A stretch of 64,000 nt of DNA from Naegleria gruberi. Its lineage: Eukaryota. Of this stretch, positions 1 to 12,312 are shown piece after piece. The stretch is from assembly GCA_000004985.1 (NCBI GenBank), contig GG738875.1; one strand, 5' to 3'. A program made the translations under genes and the position numbers. How positions within the stretch are numbered: position 1 is the stretch's first letter; every line of letters starts with the position of its first letter. The notes under the pieces are model-generated. The model was not told the DNA's origin, ran no database searches, and saw only the letters and a list, made by a program, of their open reading frames with translations.

Positions 1-432
1 TCTTCATTTTGAGTTGTGGTGGTTTTTTATTTTGTTTGGTTATTGGAATGTGGACCTCGAAATAATTTGATTCAGATTTAAACAATTGAATGCTGGTGTT
101 TATTTCGAGGTCAATACAATGAGATATTTATAATTTATCACGGTTATTATAATTTACCAATTAATTACCTTCTGCTTTTAGAAAGTAACTTGTTTTTAAT
201 GTCAACTGATCCCAAGTTTACAATAAATATTCTCCTCATTATTTCCGGATTCTTTAACAATTTGAAAAATCGCTTGTTTAATGACTGTACAATATAGAGA
301 AGAGAGAGAGCTATTATACAAACGTGCATTATATAAATAATACAATAGTTGAAGATTTTTCATTATTAACCACCAAAAAAAACATGTGCATTTCCTTCTT
401 GATGAAATATTCCAACAACAACAGTAGCAGAA

Positions 433-1368
433 ATGACTTGTTCATCAGCAGAAACCAACGAAAATATCACAGATAATGAAACCAATGAAAAACACATTCA
501 TTATCATTCAAATTATTACATTAGGAAAGTTAGTCACTCAGCCATAGGTTCGAATCCAACTGTCTTGGTTGACAAGAAGAACCATCAACAAGAGAATAAA
601 GATAACGAACACATATTTATCGACTCGAGAATAAACGAAAAGGTTACAGAAATTAATGTGCAAACTATGAACCAAATAAGAAATTGTCCATCAAGTCACA
701 AAGATACAATCACAGAATTATCAACAAGATATCAAACCCTCATCGAGACTTTGAATGTAAAAGGAACAGATTTGCAAACACTTGACGCAAAAAGGCAGTT
801 AATAGTATTGAAATCGTATTTGGCCGTAGGCAAAACATTGAATGAAAGTCAACTGTCCTCCTGCTTGAAAGCTATCAAAAATTGTCAAGCAAATGTGAGA
901 CCTCCCTTGCTTCTGAAGTATTACATGGTCTATTGCTGTGTAAAGAAGGTGTCAGGTATGGAGCAAGATTGCTTAATGATATCTGACATGTTAAAGGAAA
1001 TTCCTAAAAGTGCAGCAGATGAAAAAGAACTCGAGTTTTACTTTGCATTAATGGAATGGGAGTCTGACATGCATTCGATTTCCTCAGAGAGAATGTGTGA
1101 TATTTATCGTGTTTTTGACAGAACTCTTGATGAATTTATGAAGGAAGGTAGGATTGACTCAGTTCAAAGAATATCTTTCAAGTTGATCGATGTGGCTAAG
1201 AGGATCGAAAGTACCATTAAAAGAAACACTTTAAACAAAGTGAACTGTCTGAGAAGGAAACAAGTTGTGCAGGAAAATTACTATAATGCAGCTCCTGCAA
1301 ACATGCATGTTGATATTCGAGAGAGTTTGAGAGAGGTATTACAATATAATTACTTTCAAGAGGAATAA
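433..1368 (+). CDS. hypothetical protein, no recognisable domain
   Basis: Uninterrupted 311-codon ORF starting at ATG, with an upstream TATA-like tataaataa motif. No motif I can name. Confidence 0.4.
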   Translation: MTCSSAETNENITDNETNEKHIHYHSNYYIRKVSHSAIGSNPTVLVDKKNHQQENKDNEHIFIDSRINEKVTEINVQTMNQIRNCPSSHKDTITELSTRYQTLIETLNVKGTDLQTLDAKRQLIVLKSYLAVGKTLNESQLSSCLKAIKNCQANVRPPLLLKYYMVYCCVKKVSGMEQDCLMISDMLKEIPKSAADEKELEFYFALMEWESDMHSISSERMCDIYRVFDRTLDEFMKEGRIDSVQRISFKLIDVAKRIESTIKRNTLNKVNCLRRKQVVQENYYNAAPANMHVDIRESLREVLQYNYFQEE

Positions 1369-1688
1369 ATCTGTATATACAGAGAGCCAAAGTTTCATTT
1401 CAAAACAGACAGTAAATCATACAAGGAATGAATTTGTTCACATAGGCAATAAATCACATCCAAAACAAGGTACTTTCTTATAATTTGAATTCATCTTTAA
1501 AAACTGTAACGTTCAAGTAGCCGACATGGCCTTAATTTCGCCTCCATTTCACTCCAAAATTATGCCTTAATAACTCAACGGTGGAATTTTCCTCTCACAC
1601 CAGAAAAAAATACCCATCGAACAGACCATATATCATCAACCACACCAATAATACCACAACCTGGGTGCGTTTTAAACACATTGTTATT

Positions 1689-4600
1689 TTATTGTTGCTC
1701 CAAATAGTTATCAGTGGATGGTTTCTTAATACGTAGAGTGTCTAACGAAGTGGAAGAATCATCAGGGACGAGACCGACAATAGAAGCTCCCACAGACATG
1801 AGTAATCGATTTTCAAAATCATTGAATTTTTGTTTTAACAGATAGGTCATCATTAAACCCTTTCCTTTCACTTCGACTTCTCTTGGTTCGTAATCATAGA
1901 GGTCGTGCACTCTTTCATAGGTTGAACGTGAAATTTGTATTCTTCCTGGTAAACTTGTTGATTCCATTCTTGAAGCAGTCTGTGAAATATGATTAATGAA
2001 AACTAACAACATTACACAACTTACATTTACAGCATCTCCCCACAAATCAAAAGCAAACTTTTTGGTTCCAATAACACCTGCAACAACACTGCCTGTGTGA
2101 ATACCCACACGGATATTGAGTTGATTGGAATATAAATTTCCAGTACTTTCATTGTAATCTTTCAATACCTTAAACATGTCAATGGCAAAATTAAGAGTTC
2201 TTTCAGGGTGGTCACTTTCTTTAGCGTCCAAATATAATCCTCCAGCAACAAAGTATGCATCTCCAATGGTCTTGATTTTTTCCAATTTGTAAATATCACA
2301 CAATGCGTCAAATCCATTTACAATGTAATTTAACATTTGAACAAGCTCAGTTGGAGAGCAATATGAAGATCGTGAGGTGAACCCAACCATATCACTGAAT
2401 AGACATGTAACATCATCAAATTTTTCTGAAATTGTTGTCTCTCCAGCTTTCAATCTATTAGCAACAGCCACTATTAAGGTTGTTCGAATTGACTATAAAA
2501 TTCAAACGACTTACCTGGCAAGATATTTAACAATAAATTCTCAGATTTCTTCTTTTCAATATTCAACAGCTCAACCGATTTCTTCTCTGATGTAATATCT
2601 CTAAAGATGGCTGTGAAAATCTTCTTTTGTTTCTTCTCCATCATTACCTCATTCTGCTGGACTTCAATTTGGGCAACTGAAATACTCATCACTATTGGGA
2701 AGGATTTACTTGCATCGAGAGTATTTGTCGAGATGGCATGTCCTCTCTTGGCATTCAACTCGACAACTTCTCCAGATGATTCAGATTGTTGAAGGTAGCT
2801 CAACTTTTCTTCCAACTTTTCCCTTTCATTTGTTGAAAAGAGAGAAGTTACAGGCGTACCGATTACTTCACTCGATGATTTGATACCCATCATTCTCAGT
2901 GCAGAAGTATTGATCATTTCAACAGTTCCTTGTGCATCAAATTGAATAACTCCTTCAATGGCAGTTGACAAGATTGCAGTCAAATTGTCAACTCTTTCTC
3001 TAGAATCAACTAAAAACTTCTTTTGTTTGGATCTTCTAAACATGTTTAAAGTGGAATACAACTGGTCATTCAGGATATATCGACTCACTTTCTGATTATT
3101 ATCCAAAACTTCCCAAGAGACATGATTAAACATTTGTCTCAATTGATAAATTTCTTGTTCATATCTAATAATTGAAGAGTATCCAATATAAGCGCATATT
3201 AAAAAAATGACAAAGAATATGACTGAAATTGAAATGGTTAACGAAAGATTCGACAGCTTGGAAAATGTTGTAATGAAAATTTCCAATGAAGTCTTGACTT
3301 TGTAATTGAATGAAGCGGCCATTTCCCAAGAAACCGAATGAAACTGTGGTAATAAAACCTGAGGAATGTATGTCTTTCTATAAGCCAATTGATTATATAA
3401 GTCAATATACACAATAAACAATTGTAATAATTGAGTAACCGACAAACATTCGAAATATTGTCGATTATTGGTAATTGTGTTATTTTCCAAAAACGATGAA
3501 AGGTCGGTAATGTTTCCACTATTTTGAAATCGAGAACAATTAGCTGGTAATATCAACTTGTCTATGTCATCACTCACCCCCAGAAGTGAAAAGTATCCTT
3601 TTGAACTATCCCCGTACAAGTAAGATTTCATATAGGTTTCAACTTCTCTCGAATGGGTCGTAATGTCCTTGTGAATTCTATCAATTTCACAGGAAAGTCC
3701 TCCCCACAATGGTTTCCAATCATTCATGAGAAGTAATTCTCCCAACTTGAACATGATTCTATTGAAAATTACCTTAATCTTTGAAGCTTGATACAATTTG
3801 TTTAGAGCCATATCTTGATTCTTCAGATTATTGTTTGTATCTACCAAGTATAAAATGATGGCCAATAAAGCAGTTAAGAAAATGATAATCACAAGCGAGA
3901 TGAGTGTTCTGGTTGGAGTGAAATAAGTGCCAATAGCAAGCGAGGTTCTATCAGAGTCAATGTTATGGGAAACTTTGGAGGTGGATGCCTTTTCAAGTGT
4001 GTGATAAATCTTTCCTGATTCTTCCTTTGCTAATCCAAAGAATAAGTGAGCTATACGTTGTTGTTTTTTGAAATAGTCAATTAGGACAACTAGAGTAATC
4101 AAACCAAGTATAAAGAAAACTCCAATCGATGCACCCATGACATACAAGAATAAATTCAGAATATTGCTCACCTTGTTGGATTTAGCTGTCAAGACATCAG
4201 AACAGACATTTTCTAAAGCATAGGCATTGTACTTTCTATTTTGCCAGAAAAAGAGAAACGACGGATTGTCCAATGTTTGTTTCACTTGAGTTTCTGTAAA
4301 ATCCTTTACTCTGTCAACATGAACATCCATCAATTCGACAATTTCCTTGATAGTTACATTTCTCTTTTCATAATTCATTGTTGAATTTTCATTAAAAGTT
4401 GTGGAGATTACTGGCATGAAAATTTCAGTTTCCTGACCTTCCCACAAATCCAAATAACCAGTCTTGTCAGTTTCTGACATTTGTTCCAAGAATGATTTGA
4501 GGTAACCCTTGTAAGTTTTCAATTTTTCTTGTTGAGTTTTTTTATAAGTTCTGGAAAAAGTCGAATTGTCCTTATCGAAATAGTAATGCCTTTGTAAAAG

Positions 4601-7159
4601 ACGAATTTCACATAGAATCAAGAAAGGATAAGGAGAGGTAGCACATAAATTCTGATAAGCAGAAAGTTCTGGATTGCTTCCAGAGCTGAGACTTCCTGTA
4701 AAAGAGTTTGAAATCATGACAGCAGCAATTAATCCACCAATCACAACCAACAAGCTCACCCATGGAAAGAACGAGGTAAAAATAATTGTAGTAGTCAAGT
4801 GACTCCTTCTTTGAATACTCTTAGTATAAGTATCTTGTTGTTTCTTGCTGAATTGCTCTTCATCATGTTGATTTTCAAATTCACAAATGTCATCAAATTT
4901 GATCTTTTTCTCTTCCTCCAATTGACTCATGCTTTCAGATACAATGATAGCTGGCACTACCCTAGAACGTCTCTTCTTTAAAGATCTCTCAGAGAAAGTT
5001 TCCAATATAGTTGGTTGTTTTGATTTGAGTTTTTGACTTTCTTCCTCTTCAATCACTGCTACAAGTTGAAGTATTTCCTTGCTCTTTTCCTTATCAAAGA
5101 TGAATTCTTCAACGAACATGGCATAGGGACGAAGTGCTGATTTGTTGTAGGAATGGAGAGCAACCAAACTTTCAAATTTGGATTTACAATGAGAGGTCAA
5201 TTTGGTAATTTTTCTATTAATGATGATGAGCTCATTCAAACTATTTTCATTATTAGTAATAACTACTTTCCAGAAGCTTTTGTGAAATTCTCTCAATTTG
5301 GATTGTTTCTTTGACAAATGTTGTAAAGTTTTTGAAATTGACTTTTCAGAATCAGCTGAAATATTCAAACTTGCCATAAGTTGAGTTTCAATTTCAGATC
5401 TTCTCACAGAGCCAACATATTTTTCAAATATTGATGGCTTGCACATGTACATTCTCTTGAGTAAATACAGTGCAATATTCAAATTTGTCTTGGCATGATG
5501 TTGTGTTTGATCCAATTTATGATATCTGACATAATTGACAATTGCTAAACAAATAGATGCAGAGCTGTATTCACTTTTGTGACGAATTGATCCTCTAATG
5601 ATGGCACTTATAATTCTACATTTGGTCGAAGGTGGATTATCGTTGTTCTCATCAACAATAGTTCTCTGTCGTGAATTGTATTCTGATGAACAGAATCGAA
5701 TGGCCATTTCCAAGTTTGCTTCACCAATTTCTTCTAATAAATCAGGTGTGAGAGCAATTTCACTTGTATTACCAGAATCTAATAGAGGTGAGCATATTTT
5801 CTTCACTACTTTTGTGGCTCTTCTTGTATAAATGTCCATAATTGTAACACCAACTGTTAAGAATATTAAGAAACCACCAATGGCAGCTCCCCAATAAATT
5901 ACACCATTCGTGGACAGGACATCTACTGTGTTAGTGTCAATATTTACAATTGAACATGTCAAGCTCACAATATTCTGTCCAACTATTCCAAACATGATGC
6001 CGGCCATGTAAGAATTCTCAGATCTAACATTGAATGGAACAATAATGAAAATCAAAACAGCCAATATAAGGAATAGAAAGAGTGAAAATGATGGAAACAG
6101 GTATGGAAATGATGAATAATTTGGAATCATTTGAGAGTACCAATAGAACAGCATCATGACCAAATTGACCACCGAAATGAACACTGGACTTTTCGATGAG
6201 AAGAATGAAGCTCTCCTCTTCAGCAAACCATGCCCACTCCCTGATGTTGAGTACAGTAATGAATCTGTCTCTATAACTCCGAATAGGAACAATAAGACAA
6301 TCAACACTTGTGGCCAAATGTGAATAACAGAGAGGGCAGCAAACACAGCATTCATTGGTCCCCAACATTCAACTTGTGAATAATCCCTCAAGTAGAATGT
6401 ACCTCCATCACTTCCAGAGGAATTTATCTTCTCCGTATAATCACAACTCCAAAAAGAACTGAACAAGTGAGTGATTGGCAAGTTAAGGATGAAAAGGGCA
6501 ATTACCAGGAATCGGCTTAATTGTTTAGACCTACGCTTAAATTTCACAAATCCAACCAGATATCCCTTGTATTCAATATAGGTGTGAAGTATCAGAAACC
6601 AGTGGATAACAAACACTATCACCGACAAGACAACCACAGCCACATGAGGAATAAAGTGGAATCCAAACGTGATGAGTGTTTTGAAAAAGTAGAGATTAAT
6701 GTCGTGTGCAATTTGACCCCACTGCACAAATGGAATGAATCCTAGTGCAATTAACTGCAACGGAAGTAAAATTCCATGTGTGAAGAGTGGTAACAAGTGT
6801 GGAATGATTGATTTACCCAATTGATGATGTAAAGTACTAGAATTTGAAAATTTAAAAGTTTGAATGAGGGAGGTGATTCTCTCCTCGACTCTTGGCTTGG
6901 AAGATATCAGCAAATCTGAAGAAAAGGACATTGAAGTATCGGCAAGTGATATAGTATCATCCTGTTGATAACTAGCAGTTCCAGTATTATTATTAATCAT
7001 ATTAGCATTTGATGAAGAACTATTGAAGGGAGTAAAATCATTATTTGAATCCACAAGTAATTGATTTGAAGATGAGGAGGAAACTAGTGCAGCAGTAGCA
7101 GCAGTTGCATTAGTGGTTGAGAATGAACTACTTGAACGATGCATCGCTTTAAACTCCAA
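1689..7159 (-). CDS. Multi-pass membrane class III adenylate/guanylate cyclase with a PAS domain; three exons, approximately complement(2515..7159), complement(2026..2470), complement(1689..1980)
   Basis: The large ORF has an S-rich N-terminus, many hydrophobic helices, then a PAS-like segment (LTAILSTAIEGVIQFDAQGTVEMINTSALRMMGI) and a coiled linker. It ends at ...LLNILPG followed immediately by gtaagt. A 44-nt intron (about 2471-2514) joins it in phase to VAVANRLKAGETTISEKFDDVTCLFSDMVGFT, which matches the guanylyl-cyclase-type linker plus the cyclase-domain start. Cyclase motifs are present: KIKTIGDAYFVAGG and DLWGDAVNV//ASRMESTS. The ASRMES motif is interrupted by a 45-nt in-frame GTAAGT...CAG intron at about 1981-2025. 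There is no histidine-kinase H-box or HATPase motif. Confidence 0.75.
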
Positions 7160-7430
7160 TTAAGAATAGAGAGAGAAGACAACAGTAGTGTGTGACTGGG
7201 TTGTTTCTTCTCAATTTATTAAGGTTGTGTAATGTTTTTTAAAAGTGAACAAGTTTGTGTGTTTATTACGTTGATGATTCGCGTTCTGAAACTTCTTTAA
7301 GACCATTAGCACCAAAAAAGGAACAAAATGGTAAACAATAAGGAATACAAGCTTGTCGGTAAAACCCATGAAAGCGCCGACAACAACGAACGCGTTTTGA
7401 AGCATGCTTTGAAGAACAAAGAGGCGCAGA

Positions 7431-7916
7431 ATGGAGAGGGAAAAGCTATTAAGGGAATCTGAGATGTTGAAAAATCTAGCTTTCAAAATTTCTGCTGATT
7501 ACTACGAACGGGAATACTATGGATTCAATTTCATTGTAAATTCTCAAATTTTTCCAATAAAGTTTAATCTCCATGATCAGACTCTATTTGGACCTGTACG
7601 AACTTCAGTTTATTTCAGTTTATTTCATATTATATTGGATATTGTTTCATGTTTCCTCTTAGATTCATTCTTCAACAGTTGTGGTAAATACAATCCAATC
7701 GATCTCCACTTGGAAGCACACAAGTTCATCTCTATTTGGAAGAGAGCAGGATTACAACCTGTCCGTCACTTGTCTGACACAGAAACCAAATCTCAAAAAA
7801 ATGTCTTTTGGTTGGAAGTTCTACCACTTTTGTTGTGCCGTCATGTCTTTCATCATATGCTTCATCCTTCCGTTCTTTATTGTGGTTTGGGAACAGTTTG
7901 TTTGTGCATTCTATAA
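7431..7916 (+). CDS. hypothetical small protein; the overlapping 7681..8085 ORF is an alternative
   Basis: Two overlapping ORFs with hydrophobic stretches lie between the cyclase gene and tRNA-Ala. There is no recognisable motif, and a cagtttattt x2 mini-repeat sits inside. The gene model is uncertain. Confidence 0.15.
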   Translation: MEREKLLRESEMLKNLAFKISADYYEREYYGFNFIVNSQIFPIKFNLHDQTLFGPVRTSVYFSLFHIILDIVSCFLLDSFFNSCGKYNPIDLHLEAHKFISIWKRAGLQPVRHLSDTETKSQKNVFWLEVLPLLLCRHVFHHMLHPSVLYCGLGTVCLCIL

Positions 7917-8119
7917 CAACAAGGCAAATGCAAAAAATACAACCACATGTTCAATATGGTCATCTGTTTCAACAAAGTGGACAATTGCAATATTTATTCT
8001 AACTCTATGTGGTTATTTACCTGGAGTGATTGCAGCTTTTATTTATGCGTTTGTGGCTGGAAGAGTATCATGGATTCCACAATAAAAAGTTCATATGTAA
8101 AATTGTTTGGGGACAAAAA

Positions 8120-8155
8120 TGGAGTCATAGGGAATCGAACCCTAGACCTTCTGCA

Positions 8156-8186
<31 letters not shown>

Positions 8187-8192
8187 AACCCC
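8120..8192 (-). tRNA. tRNA-Ala (anticodon UGC)
   Basis: The reverse complement reads GGGGTTATAGCTCAGTTGGTAGAGCGTCTGCTTTGCATGCAGAAGGTCTAGGGTTCGATTCCCTATGACTCCA. It has a 7-bp acceptor stem with a G3:U70 wobble, which is the alanine identity element. Anticodon loop is TTTGCAT and the T-loop is GGTTCGATTCC. A T5 run follows on the minus strand, consistent with a Pol III terminator. No CCA is encoded. Confidence 0.9.
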
Positions 8193-9249
8193 CTCATGTT
8201 CGAGTTACAAAAGCAATAAGTAAACCCATGGAGTGTTGTTGGATTCGGAAAACTTTGCTCATTGCCCCTGAATTGGTATGAATGCAATAGCTTATTTGTT
8301 TAGGGAAATAGTAGTTGTATGGACTTAGTATAAAGAAATATTTTGTAAATTACGCGAAAAAGAACCTCAAAATTGAGGTTTGACCAGAGCCATTTGAAGT
8401 TGGGTGGGTTATATTAATAAACGAACCAGAAATTCATTAAAAACCTATTACGAAGATGGTGCTCAATTAATAATTAATCATTGAGCCACATTCATATGTT
8501 TTTTCTCAATTTTCAAAATTAGAAAAAATTTGATTCGGATTACTTGTGAAACGAGTTATCAATAATTTGTGTGGATTGAATCATCAGTAACATTACTATA
8601 ATTTGTAATATTATTATTATTTATTAAATATAATTGAATCAAAATAATGAGGAAATTTTCGCAAGCCTCCTCCTCTCTTTTAAAGTGGAGTTGCAAGAGC
8701 TCTAAATCCCGATTCATTCCATCATCATTCTCTCATTTAAAAACATCCAATAATAATATTAATATTATTAATAATCATGAAAGTAAGAGAAATCTCTCCA
8801 ACAATACCAACAACTCGCCTCCATCACTCTGTAAGTTTTCATCAATTAATTTTAGAAATTTGGAGAATTAAACACTTTTCCACTCAATTCCAAAAACCTA
8901 CCCACACCTCTTCAATCCAAATAATATCAAATGATGAATTTAAATTCTTCAAGACCAACCTTGCACCATCAACAATACCTCAAACAACACCCAAAATTCT
9001 ATTATTATTATTGAAAGCCTCCTTCAACAACAATTTCAGCCAACTAATTTAAAGCGCGAGACCTCTTTCGGTACTGATGCACCAACAACACTTCGAAAAA
9101 ATATTTCCAAACAACTCTTGAAGGAATACTCTCTCGCCGCTGCTAATCATCGTTCAGTGCAAGAATTATCCACTATTACTTCTAGAGGTCAAATACGTAG
9201 TTACAGTTCATCTTCATCATCATCAAAATATACAATTTGGATACCTCCA

Positions 9250-12200
9250 ATGTCTAATACAAATTATATTAATCCAGCCACAAATCAAGTGTGGACATCA
9301 AAGGAAATTCGTAAGCAATTTGTCGAATTCTTTGAAAAGAAGTATGAACATACATTCGTTCCAAGTAGTTCTGTCGTTCCACATGAAGATCCAACCTTGT
9401 TGTTCACCAATGCTGGGTAAGTTTTAAAGCTAGCACACCTATATTTATATTTCTTTACCATCTATTTACTATTGGATTACACATATTCACAATCTTGAAT
9501 TCCGGAATTGAACAAATTATTGAACAATAATATTATACAATAACTCTTCACAGTATGAATCAATTCAAGGCTATTTTCCTTGGTCAAGCTAGTCCAGACT
9601 CTAGTTTGGCTAAATTGAAGCGTGCTGCTAACTCTCAAAAGTGTATCCGTGCTGGTGGTAAACATAACGATCTCGATGATGTCGGTAAGGACACTTATCA
9701 CCACACCTTCTTTGAAATGTTAGGTAACTGGTCATTTGGTGACTATTTCAAGAGAGAAGCTATTACATGGGCTTGGGAATTGCTCACTGAGGTTTATGGA
9801 TTGGAAAAGGATAGACTCTATGTCACATATTTTGGTGGTAATGAAAAGCTCAACTTGCCAGCTGACGAAGAAGCTAAACAAATTTGGGGACAATTTGTTC
9901 CAGATGATCATATTTTGCCAGGTTCTATGAAGGATAACTTCTGGGAAATGGGTGATACTGGTCCATGTGGTCCTTGCAGTGAAATTCACTACGATCGTAT
10001 TGGTGGACGTAATGCTGCTCATCTCGTAAATATGGATGATCCAAACGTTTTGGAAATTTGGAACAATGTTTTTATGGAATTCAACAGAAAGGAAGATCAA
10101 ACATTGGAATATTTGCCAGCCAAGCACGTCGATACTGGTATGGGTCTCGAAAGATTAGTTTCCATCTTGCAAAACAAGATGAGTAACTATGATACCGATG
10201 TTTTCATGCCAATCTTTGAAGCTATTCAAAAGGAAACTGGTTCTCGTCCATACACTGGTAAATTGGGTGCTGAAGATGTTGACCACATTGATACTGCTTA
10301 TCGTGTCATTGCTGATCACATTCGTACCCTCGTTATTGCTCTCTCCGATGGTGGTTATCCAGACAATACTGGTAGAGGATATGTTCTTCGTCGTATTGTT
10401 CGTCGTGCTGTCAGATTTGGTGAATTTATGAATGCCAAGAAGGGTTTCCTTACTCGTTTGGCTTCTTGTGTCGTTGAACTTATGGGTGATTTCTTCCCAG
10501 AATTGAAGAAGAATTCTGAAAAGGTTGAAGAACTCATTCAAAGTGAAGAAGTTTTGTTCGCCAAGACTCTCCGTGTTGGTTTGAAATTCTTTAACAGAAT
10601 TGCTGAAAAGATGAAGAGCAATGGTGAAAGTGTTGTTTCTGGTCCTGATGCTTTCAAGTTATATGCTACCTATGGTTTCCCAGTTGACTTGACTTTAATT
10701 ATGGCTCAAGAACAAGGTATGACTGTCGATATGGTTGAATACAAGAAGGAAATGGAAAAGCACGCTACTGCTTCTCAAGGTACTAAGCAAGAAGCTACTG
10801 ACATGAAGCTTGGTGTTATTGAAACTGACAAGTTACAAAATGAACTTAAGATTGAACCAACTCAAGATGATATCAAATATGTTTGGGAAAATATTCAAGC
10901 TAAGGTTGTTGCTATCTTTAGTGAATCTAGCGGATTTGTTGAAGAATTGAACACTGAATGTGAAGAAGTCAATATTGGTATTATTTTGGATCAAACCAAC
11001 TTTTATGCTGAAGGAGGTGGTCAAGCTCCAGATAATGGTGTTTTGAGAATTGGTGAAACTGAATTGAAGGTTGTCAATGTTCAAAAGTTTGCTGGTTATA
11101 TTTTACATATTGTTAACGTTTCTGAATCCAAGCTTGCTGGTAACGTTACTGTTGGTACTACTGTTTCTTCAGAAGTTAACTATGAAAGAAGAGAACCAAT
11201 CGCTGCTAACCACACCTCTACTCACATGCTCAACTTTGCTTTGAGAAAGGTTTTGGGTACTGACTGTGACCAACAAGGTTCCATTGTTAAGGAAGAAGAA
11301 TTGTGCTTTGACTTCTCTGCTGCTAAGGCTCCATCTGTTGAACAAGTTGCTGAAGTTGAAAAGATTGTTAATGATCTCATTGTTGCTGATCATCCAGTCT
11401 TCTCTAAGGTTCAAGAACGTGATGCTGCTTATGAAATTAATGGTCTCAGAGCCATGTTCAGTGCTAACTATGGCGAACAAGTTCGTGTTGTTTCCATCGG
11501 TCAAGACAGTGATAGCATCATGACTGATAGATCAAATGAAAAGTGGCGTTTGATTTCAGTTGAATTCTGTGGTGGTACTCACTTGAAGCAAACCAGTCAA
11601 GCTCAAACCTTTGTCATTCTCTCTGAAAAGAGTATTTCAACTGGTAAGAGACGTATTGTTGCTTTGACTAGAAAGGCTGCTAAGGAAGCTGTTGAAAGAG
11701 CTCAAAAGTTCTCTGTCAAGATTGACGAATTAGAAAAACTCTCAGACGAATTGTTCTGTCCTCGTTACTATGAACTCACTTCTGAACTTACTTTGCTCAC
11801 TGATATTCCATTGCTTTCCAAGAAGGCTTTCGAAAAGAGATTGGAAGCATGCCAAACTAAGGTTCGTAAGATCCAACAATCTCAAAAGAAGGATGATGCT
11901 GAAAAGGCCAATCAACTCATTTCTCAACTCAAGGAGTCTATTGAACAAAAGTCATTGAAGTCCCTTGTCTACCAATTGGAAGATGGTTCTGATCAAAAGT
12001 TCGTCAAGAAGGTTATTGATGCTTTGACCACCATTCCAGTTTGTCTCATTTCTAAGGCTGATGATAAGACTATCATTGTCCTTGCCAGCGTTCCACAAGA
12101 ACAAACTGCTACTTTGTCTGCTAATACTTGGGTTACTGAAGTTTGTAAGGTTGTTTCTGGTAAGGGTGGTGGTAAGCCAATCTTTGCTCAAGGACGTGGT

Positions 12201-12260
12201 TCTGATGTCTCAAAGGTTGCTGAAGCTGTCAAGTTGGCTGAAGAAATGGCTAAATTCTAA
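9250..12260 (+). CDS. alanine--tRNA ligase (alanyl-tRNA synthetase); two exons, approximately 9250..9416 and 9554..12260
   Basis: Exon 1 ends ...[12 protein letters not shown] before gtaagt at 9417. Exon 2 begins after cacag with [10 protein letters not shown], restoring the conserved class II AlaRS N-terminus ([14 protein letters not shown]). The editing-domain HxxxH motif and the C-terminal region are present. The ORF-track M at 9118 is a TTG; the first in-frame ATG is at 9250 ([24 protein letters not shown]...). Confidence 0.9.
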
Positions 12261-12312
12261 ATTGTATTAATTTTGTAAAAATTTGATAAATTATTTTATT
12301 CTAGAAACTTAA

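Noticed and set aside
2474-7159. Initial impression of a histidine kinase / AcrA-like hybrid kinase fused to a cyclase
   Set aside because: No H-box (HExRTP-like), N/G1/G2 HATPase motifs or receiver Asp motif are visible. The protein has a polytopic membrane region, a PAS-like segment and a cyclase-type linker instead.
8647-9052. ORFs in the AT-rich spacer upstream of AlaRS
   Set aside because: They are homopolymeric/low-complexity (N/S/I-rich) with no start context or motif. The interval is most likely 5' UTR/promoter.
9118-9249. N-terminal extension of AlaRS from the tracked start at 9118 (possible mitochondrial presequence)
   Set aside because: Codon 9118 is TTG and no in-frame ATG lies upstream of 9250. 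An upstream spliced exon providing a presequence cannot be excluded but is not visible.
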